From Felis catus (Eukaryota), in assembly GCF_018350175.1 (NCBI RefSeq), contig NC_058382.1, forward strand, positions 52,764,001 through 52,828,000: a DNA stretch of 64,000 nt, given 5' to 3'. Numbering within the stretch: position 1 is the first letter of the stretch; each line of letters opens with the position of its first letter. The position numbers and the translations under genes were made by a program. The notes below the pieces were generated by a model. It was not told the DNA's origin. It searched no databases and was given only the letters and a program-made list of their open reading frames with translations. Shown piece by piece: positions 25,170-37,830 of this stretch.

Positions 25170-25320
25170 AATTGGCAACGTCAGAGTCGAACCTCAATTT
25201 TCGCAATTAATCGCGCCGCAGTTAATTAAATTGATTGCCTGGCAGTCCAGCCTCATTTAAAATACTAATAGTTTATTTATTTATTTAGCTGTTTACAAAG
25301 CATTCTTAGCTGCCACCGTC
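25170..25320. promoter_or_regulatory. Candidate conserved non-coding element
   Basis: caattaatcgcgccgcagttaattaaattgattgcc homeodomain cluster; FOX core TGTTTAC at 25290-25296. Motif-based only. Confidence 0.35.
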
Positions 25321-26739
25321 TTGCAGGATTCCGTTTGGGTGTCCTGACGACGGACATGATAATAACGTCCGTGTCTGATTATTCTGTAGTTAAGAGTTCT
25401 AGGAACTGGATGGGGCAGTTCAAACGAGGGTTACAATTTTGACTTTGAAAGTGGGACCAGATTTCCTTACTCACCTCCGTTCTCCCAAGGAGGCAGAAGT
25501 CCCAGTTTAGCTACTAAACTTGCCGCCTTTTAAGTAAGTGTTTTCCAGAAGAGCATTTATTCTCAATATCTGAGAAAGAGGAGAAGGAGAGTATCAGGTT
25601 AAAGAGTGCAGTTGTGTGATTCCGTAGTATTGAACTCCCTGGACGATATGTAGGGGTGTCGCTTTCCATTTTATTTGCTTTCAGAAACGTGAAAATAGAG
25701 TCCTATCAGGTCCTGGCAGGGGCCCTGCCTTTTGGTTCTTGATGCGTGTATAGATCTGTGCTAAGAGGCTCTTTGCTCCTTCGTCATGAGGTATTTTTGT
25801 ATGTAATGCAACAGTACTTTCCAGGTTCCTCGAAGCCTCATGAAGCTCTTTCCGCAGACTTGTGTGTGTTGGCGCGAAGCCTGTGTCCTAAGAGGGAGGG
25901 TCCTGTGCCGCTAGCCTTTCCTGAAATCTGCATGGGGTCTACACGACATCGCTGGGGGCCTCAGCCATCTGACATGGCTTCACCCACACCTCCCAGCACC
26001 GCTTTCTTGTTCCCTCATTAGGATTTCTCTGTGCTTGCATAATGCCTCAGCCATTTCATGATCTCTGTGTGAATATTCAAAAATGCCCAAAGACGAGAAA
26101 AAAAAAAAATGCCAACAGAGGCTTTCCAAGCGGTGTAGAGGGAGCGGGGACAAAGCAGGTTGCTGTCTTGCATCCACATGCAGGATGATTTCACACGGAG
26201 CCACGTCATTTAAGCCCAAATAGTCCTGAGAGGCACGTACAACCAGCTCCAGATGAACAGCAGAGCAGAAAAGTGAAGTCATTCCCCCTGGTCTACAGAG
26301 GATGCTTGGATTTCAAGTCCTCGCTCTGTCCGTAATGCCAGGTACCACCCAAAAAGTCAAGTGGCTCCTTCAGACATGCCTTGAATTTGAGTGCTGCCAC
26401 CCTGTGCTATGTTGGAGAAACCCTCCAAGGACCCCAAGGGCCCCAGTCTTTGATGGACGGGGTCTCAAGATTCACTCTGTCCGTCTGAAGAGCGCTGGAC
26501 CCACGTTGGGTGAAACGTCCCCTCTGCAGAAACGTGCCCACATAAGCCACACCAGGCTTGGGGCCAAGCACTGTGGGCGTTGAACTCCTTCTCCTCCATG
26601 GCTCTGAGGGGGAAACGAAAATGAAAACAGAAACAAAACAGGACACAGCGGCCTCTCCTGTGCACCCACCTTAGAAATAGGAGCGTGCATTTGCATTCCT
26701 TCCAACTCGTGTATTTGCAAAATACAGACAGGCAAGTTT

Positions 26740-27480
26740 GAATCGCGCTGACTTTGAAAGCATGATTTTGAGCAGTTATCTGGGGGGAAAAAAATACCTC
26801 CTGCTCACTAAATAGGTCTGTCAAGGAGAGTCATAGTACAGCATGCCATTGCTCGAATACACGTGTGTACTGGTAAACTGGACGAACCAATTAAGTAGCA
26901 AAATGTCGACTGCATTCAGGCCCTTCCTGGTCCGCAGACAGACTTGTGCGAGTTCATTTTCATAGCGGTGTGTGTGTATCTTTAGACCTTAACTGACAGA
27001 TTCCCACAGCGAATCAGGTAGGGAGTTATCAATTACATGGTTAGCTAGGCGCTGCCCGTGTGCGCACTGTGACTTCCTGACAGAAGCAGGCAGAGAAGGG
27101 GGGAAGGACTAATATTTCTGGTGCAAAAGGACTGTTAATATTTTCAGCTGGGCTCCTCGAATATGCACGTTTATTTTGTCAGGAGAAAGATGGGCACTTC
27201 CGCGTCGCAAAGCCTAAAGAAGTTTGCATTGATAAATAGTGATTACCATAATAGTCTCTCGTAAAATATATTTTATTTATCAAATGAATACCCTTCTGAG
27301 CTTCTCTTTATCCTTCCTGTGATGGCTATATTAATTTCATCAAATTTTGATTTCTTCATGGTGGTGTCGTGAAGAGTACTTGAAATAATAAAATTACCCT
27401 GAGCAGATTGCTTATGAAACCATTTGCAACTGCAGGAGCAGTAATTGGGGCTATCGTTCCCTTTGGCTGCAGGATAATAT
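26740..27480. promoter_or_regulatory. Candidate conserved non-coding element
   Basis: No recognisable repeat; CTGTCA/TGACAG, CTTTGAA, GATA cores; CTCGTAAAA at 27258-27266. Motif-based only. Confidence 0.35.
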
Positions 27481-27820
27481 ATTCCTTTGTTTTCCTTTGT
27501 GAAATATTTACCGTGAGTTCCCCTTTAGCCCGAGTCTGATCTGTAAGTGGACTGTGTTTTGCTTTTGTGGGCTGATGCCGAGAGTGGGATTCTCAAGTCT
27601 GTCTCCCACCGAGATACCAGACTTGACCGTTTGGGATTTCTTTGCAGGATCACGGAGTCAGAAAGAGCTAAAAGATGCACCATGGATGTCCAAAGTGTTT
27701 ACACGTAAATAAATAGGAAAGCCGTGGCTGCAGGAGGGAAGCATTTGGGAGATGACCTGGTAGGAGAGCAGGGTCTAGAACCAGGGTCTCTTCATTCCTG
27801 GTCTTAGGTTCTTTTCATGA

Positions 27821-28188
27821 CCCCACCTCCCCTCCCCTCCTCTCTCCTTCCCTCCCCTCCTCTCTCCTTCCCTTCCCCTTATCCCTTCCCCTTCCTTCCC
27901 CTCCCATCCCTTTCCCTCCCCCCCTTCTCCCCTCCCCTCCCCTTCCCTCCCCCCCTTCTCCCCTCCCCTCCCCTCCCCTCTCCTCCCCTCCCCTCCCCTC
28001 CCCTTCCCTTCCCTTCCCTTCCCTTCCCTTCCCTTCCCTTCCCTTCCCTTCCCTTCCCTCCCCTCCCCTCCCCTCCCCTCCCCTCCCCTCCCCTCCCCTC
28101 CCCTTCCCCTCCCCTCCCCTCCCCTCCCCTCCCCTCCCCTTCTTTCTCTTCCCCTCCCATCACCTCCCTTCCCTTCCCTTCCTTTCTC
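27821..28188. repeat. Polypyrimidine (CCCCT)n/(CCCTT)n tract
   Basis: About 370 bp of almost pure C/T with pentamer periodicity. Confidence 0.97.
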
Positions 28189-28899
28189 AGTATTGCTTAG
28201 CTATTCTAATATCTGTGTTGCCAAAGATTGTAACATTTGCAGTTGATTTGCTGGTTCCTCCCACATGAGGGGTCAGTGATGGGCCAGCTTTAGTATTGTC
28301 CCTACTGTGGATGGGCTGAGGGCAGAGCTTGTATTGTGGGTTGTAGAATTGAAGAGTCAGAGGTGACAAGAGCCGGGATTATCCAGGGGGCCTGGGACGA
28401 AACCACCTGGAGCAGAGTAATCACAGGATGTGATACCTTTAAGCCAACCTGATCCAAGCAGCTTACTCATTTGGCTTCAGGGTACTCCTCAGAAACACTT
28501 AACAAAACCTGTTATCAAAATATTAGAATTGGGTTTGTTTCCTAATTAAGGATCCAGTGTCAAAAAGTACTAATTATGACCGTTACCATTCAGAGAGGCT
28601 GCAGGTGAAAACCTATGATAATTTTGTTACTATAGGAAAATCTCTGTGTGATAACGTAAGCAACGTACCACTCTCTTTGCCCAGAACAGATCCTTAACAT
28701 GTAAACAATTAGAACGAAAACTAATCTGCCTGATCGTGGCATCTTGAGTTCAGCATTACATAATCGTGTTAGGATGGCTCTCCTCCTGGGAAGAGTAACA
28801 CATTGCGTGTCTATCATTGAAGAGCCTTCTTTTCTTCTAGGAGACACCACGATGCCGTGAATCAGGGAGGAAGGAGGGGAGGGATAGGTCGTGCAGCAG

Positions 28900-29168
28900 C
28901 ATGTTCGCTGGCCCATTCCCCTTGCCTCCTGGCCAACACCCCTAGATTGTATTTCCCACATCCCCTTGCTGTTAGATTTGGCCGCATGACTGAGTTCTAA
29001 CAGAAGGGATGAGCCCCAGGATGGAACTAGCCTGGATCCCTGAATGACCTCATGGAGCTCGCCTCCCGCTGGCAAGAGTTTACAGGAGTGAAAGATAAAA
29101 ACTTCTTTTGGGTTACGCCTCCAGACTTTGAAGTTTGTCTGTTCAAGCAGGTAGAGTTAGCTAATACA
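28900..29168 (+). mobile_element. MaLR LTR fragment, MLT1J/H-like
   Basis: atttcccacatccccttgctgttag..catgactgagttct, gcctggatccctgaatgacctcatggagc, aagataaaaacttct, ends ctaataca. Confidence 0.7.
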
Positions 29169-29333
29169 GAAAAGTGGGACTGGTGAAGCATTCCATCTTT
29201 TTTTGAGAGTTGTCCTTTGTTCTTGCTCTGCGTCTGGTCTTCAGCAGAGGCCAGTACAGAGCAGAGCCTGGAGGTCTAAGGAGCTTTAGCAGATAAATTG
29301 GAAGTCCCCACACAAAAGCAGCACTCTCTAGGT

Positions 29334-29626
29334 CAGGAGTCAGCAAACCTTTCCTGTAAAGAGCCAGATAGTCATTATTTAAAAATAGCCATAGACAGTA
29401 TATGACAAAATGGGCATGACTGTGTGCCAATAAAACTTTATTTATAAGGACAGGTGCTAGGGTGCCTGGGTGGCTCAGTGAGTTAAGCCGACTCTTAATT
29501 TTGGCTCAGGTCATGGTCTCACAGTCGTGAGATTGAGTGTCACATCAGGCTCTGTGCTGGGAGTGCAGCCTGCTTAAGATTCTCTCTCTCCCTCTCCCTC
29601 TGCCCCTGCCCCACTCACTCCTGCTT

Positions 29627-29663
<37 letters not shown>

Positions 29664-29726
29664 AATAAAAACAAAAATAGAAACAGGTGGCAAGGCAGGG
29701 TAGAATTGGCCTGTTTGCCCACATCT
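29334..29726. mobile_element. MER58A hAT-Charlie MITE, internally deleted and split by a SINE
   Basis: caggagtcagcaaacctttcctgtaaagagccagatagt, gtgtgccaataaaactttattt, and the remaining end aattggcctgtttgcccac after the SINE. Confidence 0.85.
29460..29676 (+). mobile_element. CanSINE inserted in MER58A
   Basis: gggtgcctgggtggctcagtgagttaagc head, (CT)n, A-rich tail; degenerate TSD ataaggacaggtg / atagaaacaggtg. Confidence 0.93.
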
Positions 29727-32111
29727 ATCCTGTGTGATGACCCACATTGGAGGAATCCTGGCATCGACTTTTTTCAGAGTGGTATTGATACACTTCTACT
29801 CAAATAAGTCAACTGGTTTATGTAACAACATACAAGCTGACCCTCGGGATCCTTCTACCAAAGTTCTCGTGTTTTCATAAAAGCCCTCGGTTGCAAGTGG
29901 TCTGATTGTCCTTGTCTGTTTTCATGATCACCATGTTGGTGTCTGTCGATCGATACCTGGCATTTTGGGTAATGAGTGTGTGCAGGGATGTAACAGAAAG
30001 GGAAAAAAGCAAGGAAGAAGGAAAAACAAGGATCCCATGGGGGGCGGGGGAGAATTGATTTATTTTATTTATTTATTTTTTCTTATAATTGGCCCGCACG
30101 TTTCCAGTTTTGAAGCCTGGTTTTATTTGCCATGTCAAGAGAATACAGACTGATATTTGGGCAAAAAGAAAGAAGCCCGGACACCAATGCGGTTCCAAGG
30201 AACTCTGAGTCCCCTGCCCCCTCCACCATCTCTCTCTCAGCAGCCAAGCTCCGGCCACCCATCATCAGGGTTTTGAGACTTTGTGTTCGAGAACTGCTCA
30301 ATCGCAGATGACTTCAGCCCCAGCAGCAGTGGCCTCCGTGACACGTGTGACATGATTCTTTCCAGGACTTAACTCTGGAGAGATCTCCATTTCCTGTTGA
30401 TCGTGGGGGCCTTCTACACACAAACCGTCTGTTCTGTGACTTTGTCACAGCGCATTATGTCAGGAAAGAGGAAACAGTTCAGGCTGTGAATCTGTGTCAC
30501 TGGCACACAGGGTGTGGTGCCGTGTTGTCTCGCATTGTAGCTTGTCAACACCGCAGGGCTAACAGCAGTGGCGTCAGGGTCTCCGTGCCCCTGATCACTT
30601 CCCATCTCGACACTGGTGGAGCAGGTGTGTCTGAATTATCTGGATCCTTCCAGCAGGAGTACTGAAGTTGCAGCTGACGCCTGAGTTCCAACCGGCTGCC
30701 TTCTCACACTCACTCAGCCAGGATCCATCTGAAACAAAGACCTTGACTCGCCAAGGAATGCGGATGCTGTGTCAAAAGGTCATGGCGAACAGCCAAAAAT
30801 GCACCATGCTGACCTCCAGTTCTCCTTGAGGAGTGGATTTGAGGGCATCCCGGGGTCAAGAGGATATCCAGCGCAAGCTTGTCTAAGATGGCATGGGAAC
30901 ATGGCGGAAATGTCAAGATTAACTGGGGCTTAAGGGAGACATTTACCAAAACAGGAGCACTCACACCCCTGGCTTCGTCAGCATTTCCCCAGGCGAGATG
31001 AGTCAAACATTTATATTTTTACATACGCGACGTGCTTGCAATTTTCAACCCGGGATGATAGAAAAACTTATTGAAAATAGTTAATCAGTTTTACAAAGAC
31101 GCCATAGGTGGAGGTGCGTGCAGACCCGTACGGTTTTGAAAGTCACCTGGAGGGTGCCAGTCTGACTCATAGCTTTACGAAGGCACATTCCTAGTGTTCT
31201 CTGTGCGTTCCATGGAAAACAATTGGTTTGGACGTGAACTGGTTTCTGTTTTTAGACTCCAGGCCCACAATACCCTAAATAGGTTGGGGCTGTGCTGATT
31301 TGACCATTCTTTGCATTTTAGTGAGTTTTCTTGTTCTTTTTGCGCATACGTGATCTGCAGAAATTAAGGATGAATTAGAACAGGGATGAGAAACCCACAG
31401 TATACTTGACATCGTTCCCCAGTTCTGGCTCCACGGCAGCCATCATTAGCTTACGGATACGCCCTTTTCCACCCAAATGTGGATGTAATTCCCACACCCT
31501 AGCTAATTCAGTGCTCCAGGAAGTTTTCAACTGAGCGGGTGTGATGTACACGCTGAAGCTCATTTGCCATCCTGGATAACCCTCAAGGAGAGTCTAAACT
31601 ACCACTCTTTTGATGTTGCTCCTTTTGAGAATTACAGATCAATTGCCCAGGGATTTATCGGACACCTTTTCCAATAACCTGCATTATGTTAAGCATCAGA
31701 ATTTCAAGGTGAACGAGAGACTCCCTCTGACCTCAGGGACTCGGGAAAACACAGTACTTCAAGGTCATGCCACAAGCTTCTACAAAAAGGATGGCCCAGG
31801 GGTGCGGGGAAGGGATATTTATCCACCAGCAAGTGGAGAGGGAGAAGGCTTCCCGGGGAGGCGATCGTGGGGCTTCCTCAAAGGACACACCCACCGTGGT
31901 TCTTCAAGGACAGCTTTCACAGAGAACCAGCTTCCCAAGGGGATAGGATTGCGGGCCCAGTAGTTCTCCTGTCTCTTGGCTTAAAGCACACAGAAGGTCT
32001 TCGTGATTCGAGATCTCCTTGCATCGTGCCTGGAAAGATGAATATGTTTATAAGTAGGCTGTGCTTATTAATCCAGTTCTGGCTTTGTTGTTCTGGACAC
32101 CGTGATCGTAG

Positions 32112-32192
32112 CTTTCTTTTCTTTTCTTTTCTTTTCTTTTTCTTTTCTTTTCTTTTCTTTCCTTTTCTTCTTCTTCCTTTTTTTTTTTTTTT
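32112..32192. repeat. (TTTTC)n/T-rich simple repeat
   Basis: Seen directly. Confidence 0.9.
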
Positions 32193-32796
32193 AACTTTGG
32201 ACAGTGCTATTTTTCTATCTTATAGCAGGAGTAGGTTGGAATGCATTTGAAAATTAAAAATATTTTCCCGGCAAAGGCGAGATTTTTCAAGTTTGTTCAC
32301 ACTGAACCCTTGCAACTTATTTTATCCCTGTTTCAAGCCAATCTTGAAGGGAGGAAAACAAATGAATTGTGAAACCGGAAGGTACCTCATTTTTTAATCC
32401 ATTGTTTTAGTGAGAGTTCAGAGCTTTCCCATAAAACGTGTAGGTTGAGAAAAATGGGAAAAGAGCTCTTCAAGGACTTCTCCTTGTGCTCTCTCATGTT
32501 TCAAGATACTTCTTGTGTGACGGCGCATGTGTCTTTATTTCTGTACGGAGCCCTCCACGTTCAAAAGCCAAGTAAAGTGAATTCATTTTGTGCTAACGAG
32601 AGAGCTGCTCTGTATTGGTCTAAATGCCCCGTGTCCTTGCTTTCTTGGGCTGCTGAACTCTGCAGCTCTCTAAAAATGTACTCTCCACAAATTTCCAGCA
32701 GGACTTTCCCCCACGTTTAAATAAAGAGCCCAGCATGGTAGGTTCTGCTACTTAGAGCATGGCCCGTCGGAAGCCAGGGGCCTCATCTGTCCTTTT

Positions 32797-33252
32797 TGTA
32801 TCGGTGGCAGTCCTGGCAGGAAAGAAATGATACACGCACATAGGGTAATTTGAGGAGCGTTTAATAAAGCGATTATTTATACAGGTGGGGTCAGTGTGAA
32901 AAGCATCCAGAAGAGATAGGGAGCTTCCCAGGGAGAGTGGTGAGGGTGGCCGTGACCATCCTACACCCAAAGGAGCAAGGACGGGAGCCACATGAGGGTA
33001 TCTGGGTGAAGAGGACCACCTGGCAGGAGCTGTAACCTTCAGCTGAGGAATTGAGCCTAAATCTTTGGTGACACTTTTCTCACCAGGAAAGATCCCAGGG
33101 TAAGAAACATTCTCCACCATTATTCAAGCCCATCTAGACACCAGATGGTGAGAGGAACTCATTGAAGTAGCTCTTATTGGTCAGCTTTTCCAGCCATGAG
33201 GACAAAAGGCTGGAGAGTAAATCTGGACCGGGAAATGGAAGAGTCCAGCGTA
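32797..33252 (-). mobile_element. ERVL solo LTR, LTR33-like
   Basis: tgtatc..gcaggaaagaaatgatacac..gggtaatttgaggagcgtttaataaagcgattattta, ctggcaggagctgtaaccttc, aaatggaagagtccagc. Confidence 0.65.
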
Positions 33253-34122
33253 AACGTCATGTTAGCCAGGAGACAGAGAAAGACTATATAGTCTGTGTCC
33301 TACCCCAATCTGTTGTTTCTCAGCTCTGTCCTGTGTCCGTCACCAGGGCCAGCATGTTGGTATGTGGGTACCATTTTGTCACTGCCCAGTGGGCAGTTAG
33401 GCAAAGCATATGTGGGTGGTTCTTTTTAGCTTCGTGCGACGGGTTTTGTTTTTTATCAGGAACCAGCCAGGGGGTTACCTAAATTGTCTATAAAAGCAAG
33501 AAGAAAGTGATCAGTGCTGAGGTCAGTGACTCACAACATAAGTCATTTAACCTGTAGAGCTTTGAGAATTTTTTTTTTTTTGGTGCCTTAATTAACAAAA
33601 TTTAGTGTGATCAGTTTAACAGTATGAAGTAAATACTTTAACTTACACACGTCTCATGAGCTCTGCTCTCTTTGCTTGGACTCCTGAGATAGAATGACCT
33701 GCAGTCGAGTCACAGCACCCTACACAATCTGAGCAGCACCACGAATGAGTTCATCCAGCCCATCAGTCCACACCTGCCCTTAGGCTGAGGGTCCCTGTCC
33801 ACAATGTCAACAGTTCCCACACCAGTCAAGTTGAGTGGGGCCAGCAGTGTATTGCGGTGGTGTTCAGCTCGCAAGGATTTGAAGAGACAAGCACAGAAAA
33901 AGACCCGCCAGTTGGCAATAAATACTGAAACGGAGAAATTATCGTTGTGGATTCAGGGATTGGACGTCCAGTCGGGACCTGCTGCAGGGAAGAGGTGGTG
34001 GGAGAGCAGAACCCAAGAGAAAACAGGAAGCTGTTCAGTAGAGAGGATAATGGGACGGGTGTGCAGAGAGGAAGGTGAGATGCTGAAGAAGAAAGGGAGC
34101 CAGAGGAAGCAAAGTAGGACGT

Positions 34123-34125
<3 letters not shown>

Positions 34126-34175
<50 letters not shown>
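34126..34175. repeat. (GT)25 microsatellite
   Basis: Seen directly. Confidence 0.97.
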
Positions 34176-34177
<2 letters not shown>

Positions 34178-34252
34178 CACAGAGAGATTGAGATACCAAG
34201 ACCCTAACCTATCTCTCAGACCAAGGACCTCCATTCTGCCCCCCAGATTTCT

Positions 34253-34470
34253 TTTTTTTTAATTTTTTTTTAGCATGTATTTTTGAGACAGAGAGAGACA
34301 GAGCATGAACAGGGGAGGGTCAGATAGAGAGGGAGACACAGAATCCAAAACAGGCTCCAGGCTCTGAGCTGTCAGCCCAGAGCCCGACGCGGGGCTCGAA
34401 CTCACGGACTGCGAGATCGTGACCTGAGCCGAAGTCGGACGCTCAACCGACTGAGCCACCCAGGCACCCC
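34253..34470 (-). mobile_element. SINEC_Fc (felid CanSINE), full length with 16-bp TSD
   Basis: Full antisense body; TSD tgccccccRgatttct at 34237-34252 and 34471-34486 (one mismatch). Confidence 0.97.
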
Positions 34471-34799
34471 TGCCCCCCGGATTTCTAACCCTTGGCTCTG
34501 TTTTCTGTGAGGCCTACCTGGGAAGGGTCCTGTCCTCAGCATAAGGCACTGCAACAAGTCTAGCCGACCTAGTTGTGGGGGAGGGGACTGTCCAGCTTCA
34601 GTGGATTTTCAGAATCCTGAGCTACCAAAGGTCAACAGCTGTGTTATTGCAAATGCTGTGGACTGCGTTTTATCAACGCCAAAATGCACATCACAACGAC
34701 AACAGCCCTTTGTTAACACCGGGGAGCTCCCCAGAGCCCCAGGGAAATTCCATCACCACCCAAGTTGTGGGATGCCTTAGTGAACGGTCCAGGGTGCAG

Positions 34800-34890
34800 A
34801 AAAAAAAAAAATAATAAAATAAATGAAAGAAAGAAAAAAAAAAAGAAAGAAGGCAGGAAGGAAGGGGGGAAAGGAAGGAAGGAAGGAAGG
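34800..34890. repeat. A-rich/(GGAA)n simple repeat
   Basis: Seen directly. Confidence 0.85.
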
Positions 34891-37199
34891 GTAACATCTG
34901 GTTTCAGACCTGCCAGGACCCCTCCACTCTTAACTGAGCCTCTGTCACAGTCTTTCTGGTCCTTTGTCTCCGTGTTCGTTTGGCATTTTTTAAAAGGAGA
35001 CACAACAGGTGATGAACACAGTACAAATGATTTTCCCTTAAGAGAGGAAAGTGTCATACTGAGAAAAAGGAGCAAATCTCAAGGGGAACTTGTCTCGAGA
35101 CCAGAAACCTGGGAAGGACAGCTTATTTGGATCCTAGTTATTTCATTAGATTTATGAAGTGCCTTTGAAAAGAACAGGGTACTCTGGGGACACGTCCGAA
35201 CATGGCAGCCCTCGTCTTCCCAAAGAAAAGCTAAGATGGAAAAGTGAAGGAGAAGACTGTACCGAGTCCGTGACGGCAGATTCCGCCCGTGAAATCAAAG
35301 TCAAAGAAGAAATTTTGGAGAAATTCTCACCTCTGTGCTTTGAGAGTCACCCTGAACCATTTCTTGGAAGGTTTTCCCACCATCTTTCCTCAGGGTTGAG
35401 AGGCGACAAGACGGGGAGGTAAGAGCATGGGTGATGGAGCCCAGTTAGCAGCAGTGGGGCATTGGCAGACTTTTTCACCACTCGGAACCTCGGTGTCCTC
35501 TTCTGTGAGATACAAGCCACGGAAGAACAGCTCCAGGGATTGGTGTGCAGATTCCACGAGAAGGTGAAAAGTTAGCCTCCTGAAGAGTCTTAACACGTTG
35601 CCTCGCCTATCCCGAAGACCTTAGCTACCACCACCGTTTTTGTCTTCATTTCCATCATCACGCACTTCGGGCCCCTGTCCGTGTCCAGCTCCCAAAGATC
35701 CCCGAGATCAGAAGGTTCCTTTGTTCTCATAATACCTGCAACAAAATAACCCTCAACGTGTAGTCCTTAGTGGATGCTGCGAAGAAAAGGAAAATCAGGT
35801 GACCGGGAAACGTATCTTGATGGATCTGCTTCCACTGCCTGGGCTCTCCGTGGGCATATATGCTTTCATTCATTTGTGAAACTAACATGCCTACAACGTG
35901 CTAGTTATCGGAGATTCAACAGTGAATAAGAAATATTTATAGTTAAAGAAGCCTGCTGGGGATTCTGGGCCACCAATTCCAAGGATACCAGTGTACTGCT
36001 CGTGTGTGCCTTTGTCTCCCTCTTCTGCACAACCAGCTGCCTCCACTGCCACGATGGTGTTCTTTGAGGTGAGAGTAGCCTACCATGGCAATGCGAGGTG
36101 CTTCCATTTTTAGCTTTCTCAAAGCAAGGATGAATCTTTCCTTTTCATCTTGTGGGCTCCCTTATCCTCTGTTTTTGCCATCTGCCCCCAGTCCCCCCCA
36201 AGATTTCTGCCAGTCTCCTCCGAAGGCAAGCAGGAAGTCATGACCATCCCTCACTGGCTCCCGGGGTGGTCGCTGTCTATGGTCGAAGCCTTGGTTTGAC
36301 CACCATAGGCCTTCCTGGGTCTTGCTGTTCACTCTTTCCAAATGCTCATCATCTCCCTTTCTTAACCCCTTGGCTATACTTCAGCTACCCCAATGCAAGT
36401 ACTACCTTTCTCTGGGAAGGTGTTGCTCTTAAATGATAGCATTTGGAAACCCAGCCAATGCAGGGTGCTGGAAGAAGGAGACACCTAAAGATCAACCCAA
36501 ATAATCTGTGAAACAAAGGAGCCCAAGTGCCTTCCCCGGCTGCTTTACCATTTGAACGCTGGATTCCAAACCCAAAGGCCCCGTGTTCCAATAACTTTTA
36601 CTCACCATGGCTTTCAACCGATTGGAACAAGATGGTCTCAAACCCAGAGACTCCAACACTCTTGAACATCCGTCTCTGTCCACGTGGATCTGAGAAGAGG
36701 TCCAGCTGGGCTCAGTTGAGCTCATTTCGCATCACGTGCGCCCATACGTGTGTGTGTGTGTGTGTGTGGTTGTATGTATCTGTGTGGGGTGTGTTTTTCC
36801 TCTGTCAGAATGAAAGGTTTTATTCACGCCAGCTCCCCATCCGTTCCCATTATTCCCTCCTAATGACCGTTACCGGCGTTGGCCCACGGTAGCCTCAAAG
36901 CTACCCAACGAGGCTCACTGAGCGGAAAGATCACCTCGTAAAAATCAGCAGGAAGGTGGCAAGGTGAAGCAGACCTGCCAGGGCCCCCCTTGCCATGAAA
37001 GAAGTGTCCTCTGAATGCTCCTTGAGGTATTAAAATAGCCCCAGGAGTCCCTGAATGCTAAGTTGGCTTTCTCCCCAAACCTTATAAGTAGGCAATCAGG
37101 ATTTAACGACCCACAAATTTCCAATTTTTTAGTTTATGAAAAAAATATATACATATATATTTTTTTAACCTCAGTTAGAGACTCATCTTTAAAAAAAAA

Positions 37200-37830
37200 A
37201 AATATTCAGTGATTTCCTCCCTCTCTTTCCGATGAGGAAAACCGGACTATTTATGCTGCATTTTAGGCTTTTTTTCATATATAATTTTTCATATAAATGC
37301 ACATTTTCCCCTTCTTTCGGGGCGGAAATTTAACTTTTGTGGAAATGTGATGTGTGTTTAAATTACCAATTTCATAGGCAATATGTCTGATAATTGCGGC
37401 GAGATACTGAGTTAACTTGCAGCAATGAGTTTACGTGACAAAGGGAAGATCAGTTTGTTTGCGGGGAAGCAGCGGATAAGGCTCCCAAACTTTACTATTT
37501 GGGGGTTAGTGGTGTGGGGGGGGGGGGAGCGGGGAGGGGGGGGAGGTTGGGGAAGGGAGGCCCTGAAATTGCTTTTTATAATTAAAAAGGGAACCTCAGA
37601 TGTTTTTATATCTTGAATATTTACAATAAAACCTTTAAGTGCTTGTCAAGAGGGTAATGTGTCATTAACTGGGGACTCTGCCTCGCCTCTCCTCTCGGAC
37701 ATGACAGTGCAATAGGATAAGAGAAGAGTAATTATAGTTCAACAGGACTGCCAGGTGTGATAAATGACTAATCAGCACGCAGGAGCCTCTGTCCTCAAAA
37801 GAGGACTATTACAGTGTTATCAGCTGCAGG
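37200..37830. promoter_or_regulatory. Candidate conserved enhancer (T-box/GATA/NKX/MEIS motifs)
   Basis: AGGTGTGA 37753-37760 overlapping GATAA; TTAAGTG 37635-37641; TGACAG/TGTCA; several GATA cores; no recognisable repeat. Confidence 0.45.

Noticed and set aside
27817..28200. Pro-rich and Gly/Arg/Glu-rich ORFs
   Set aside because: They are translations of the CCCCT/CCCTT repeat.
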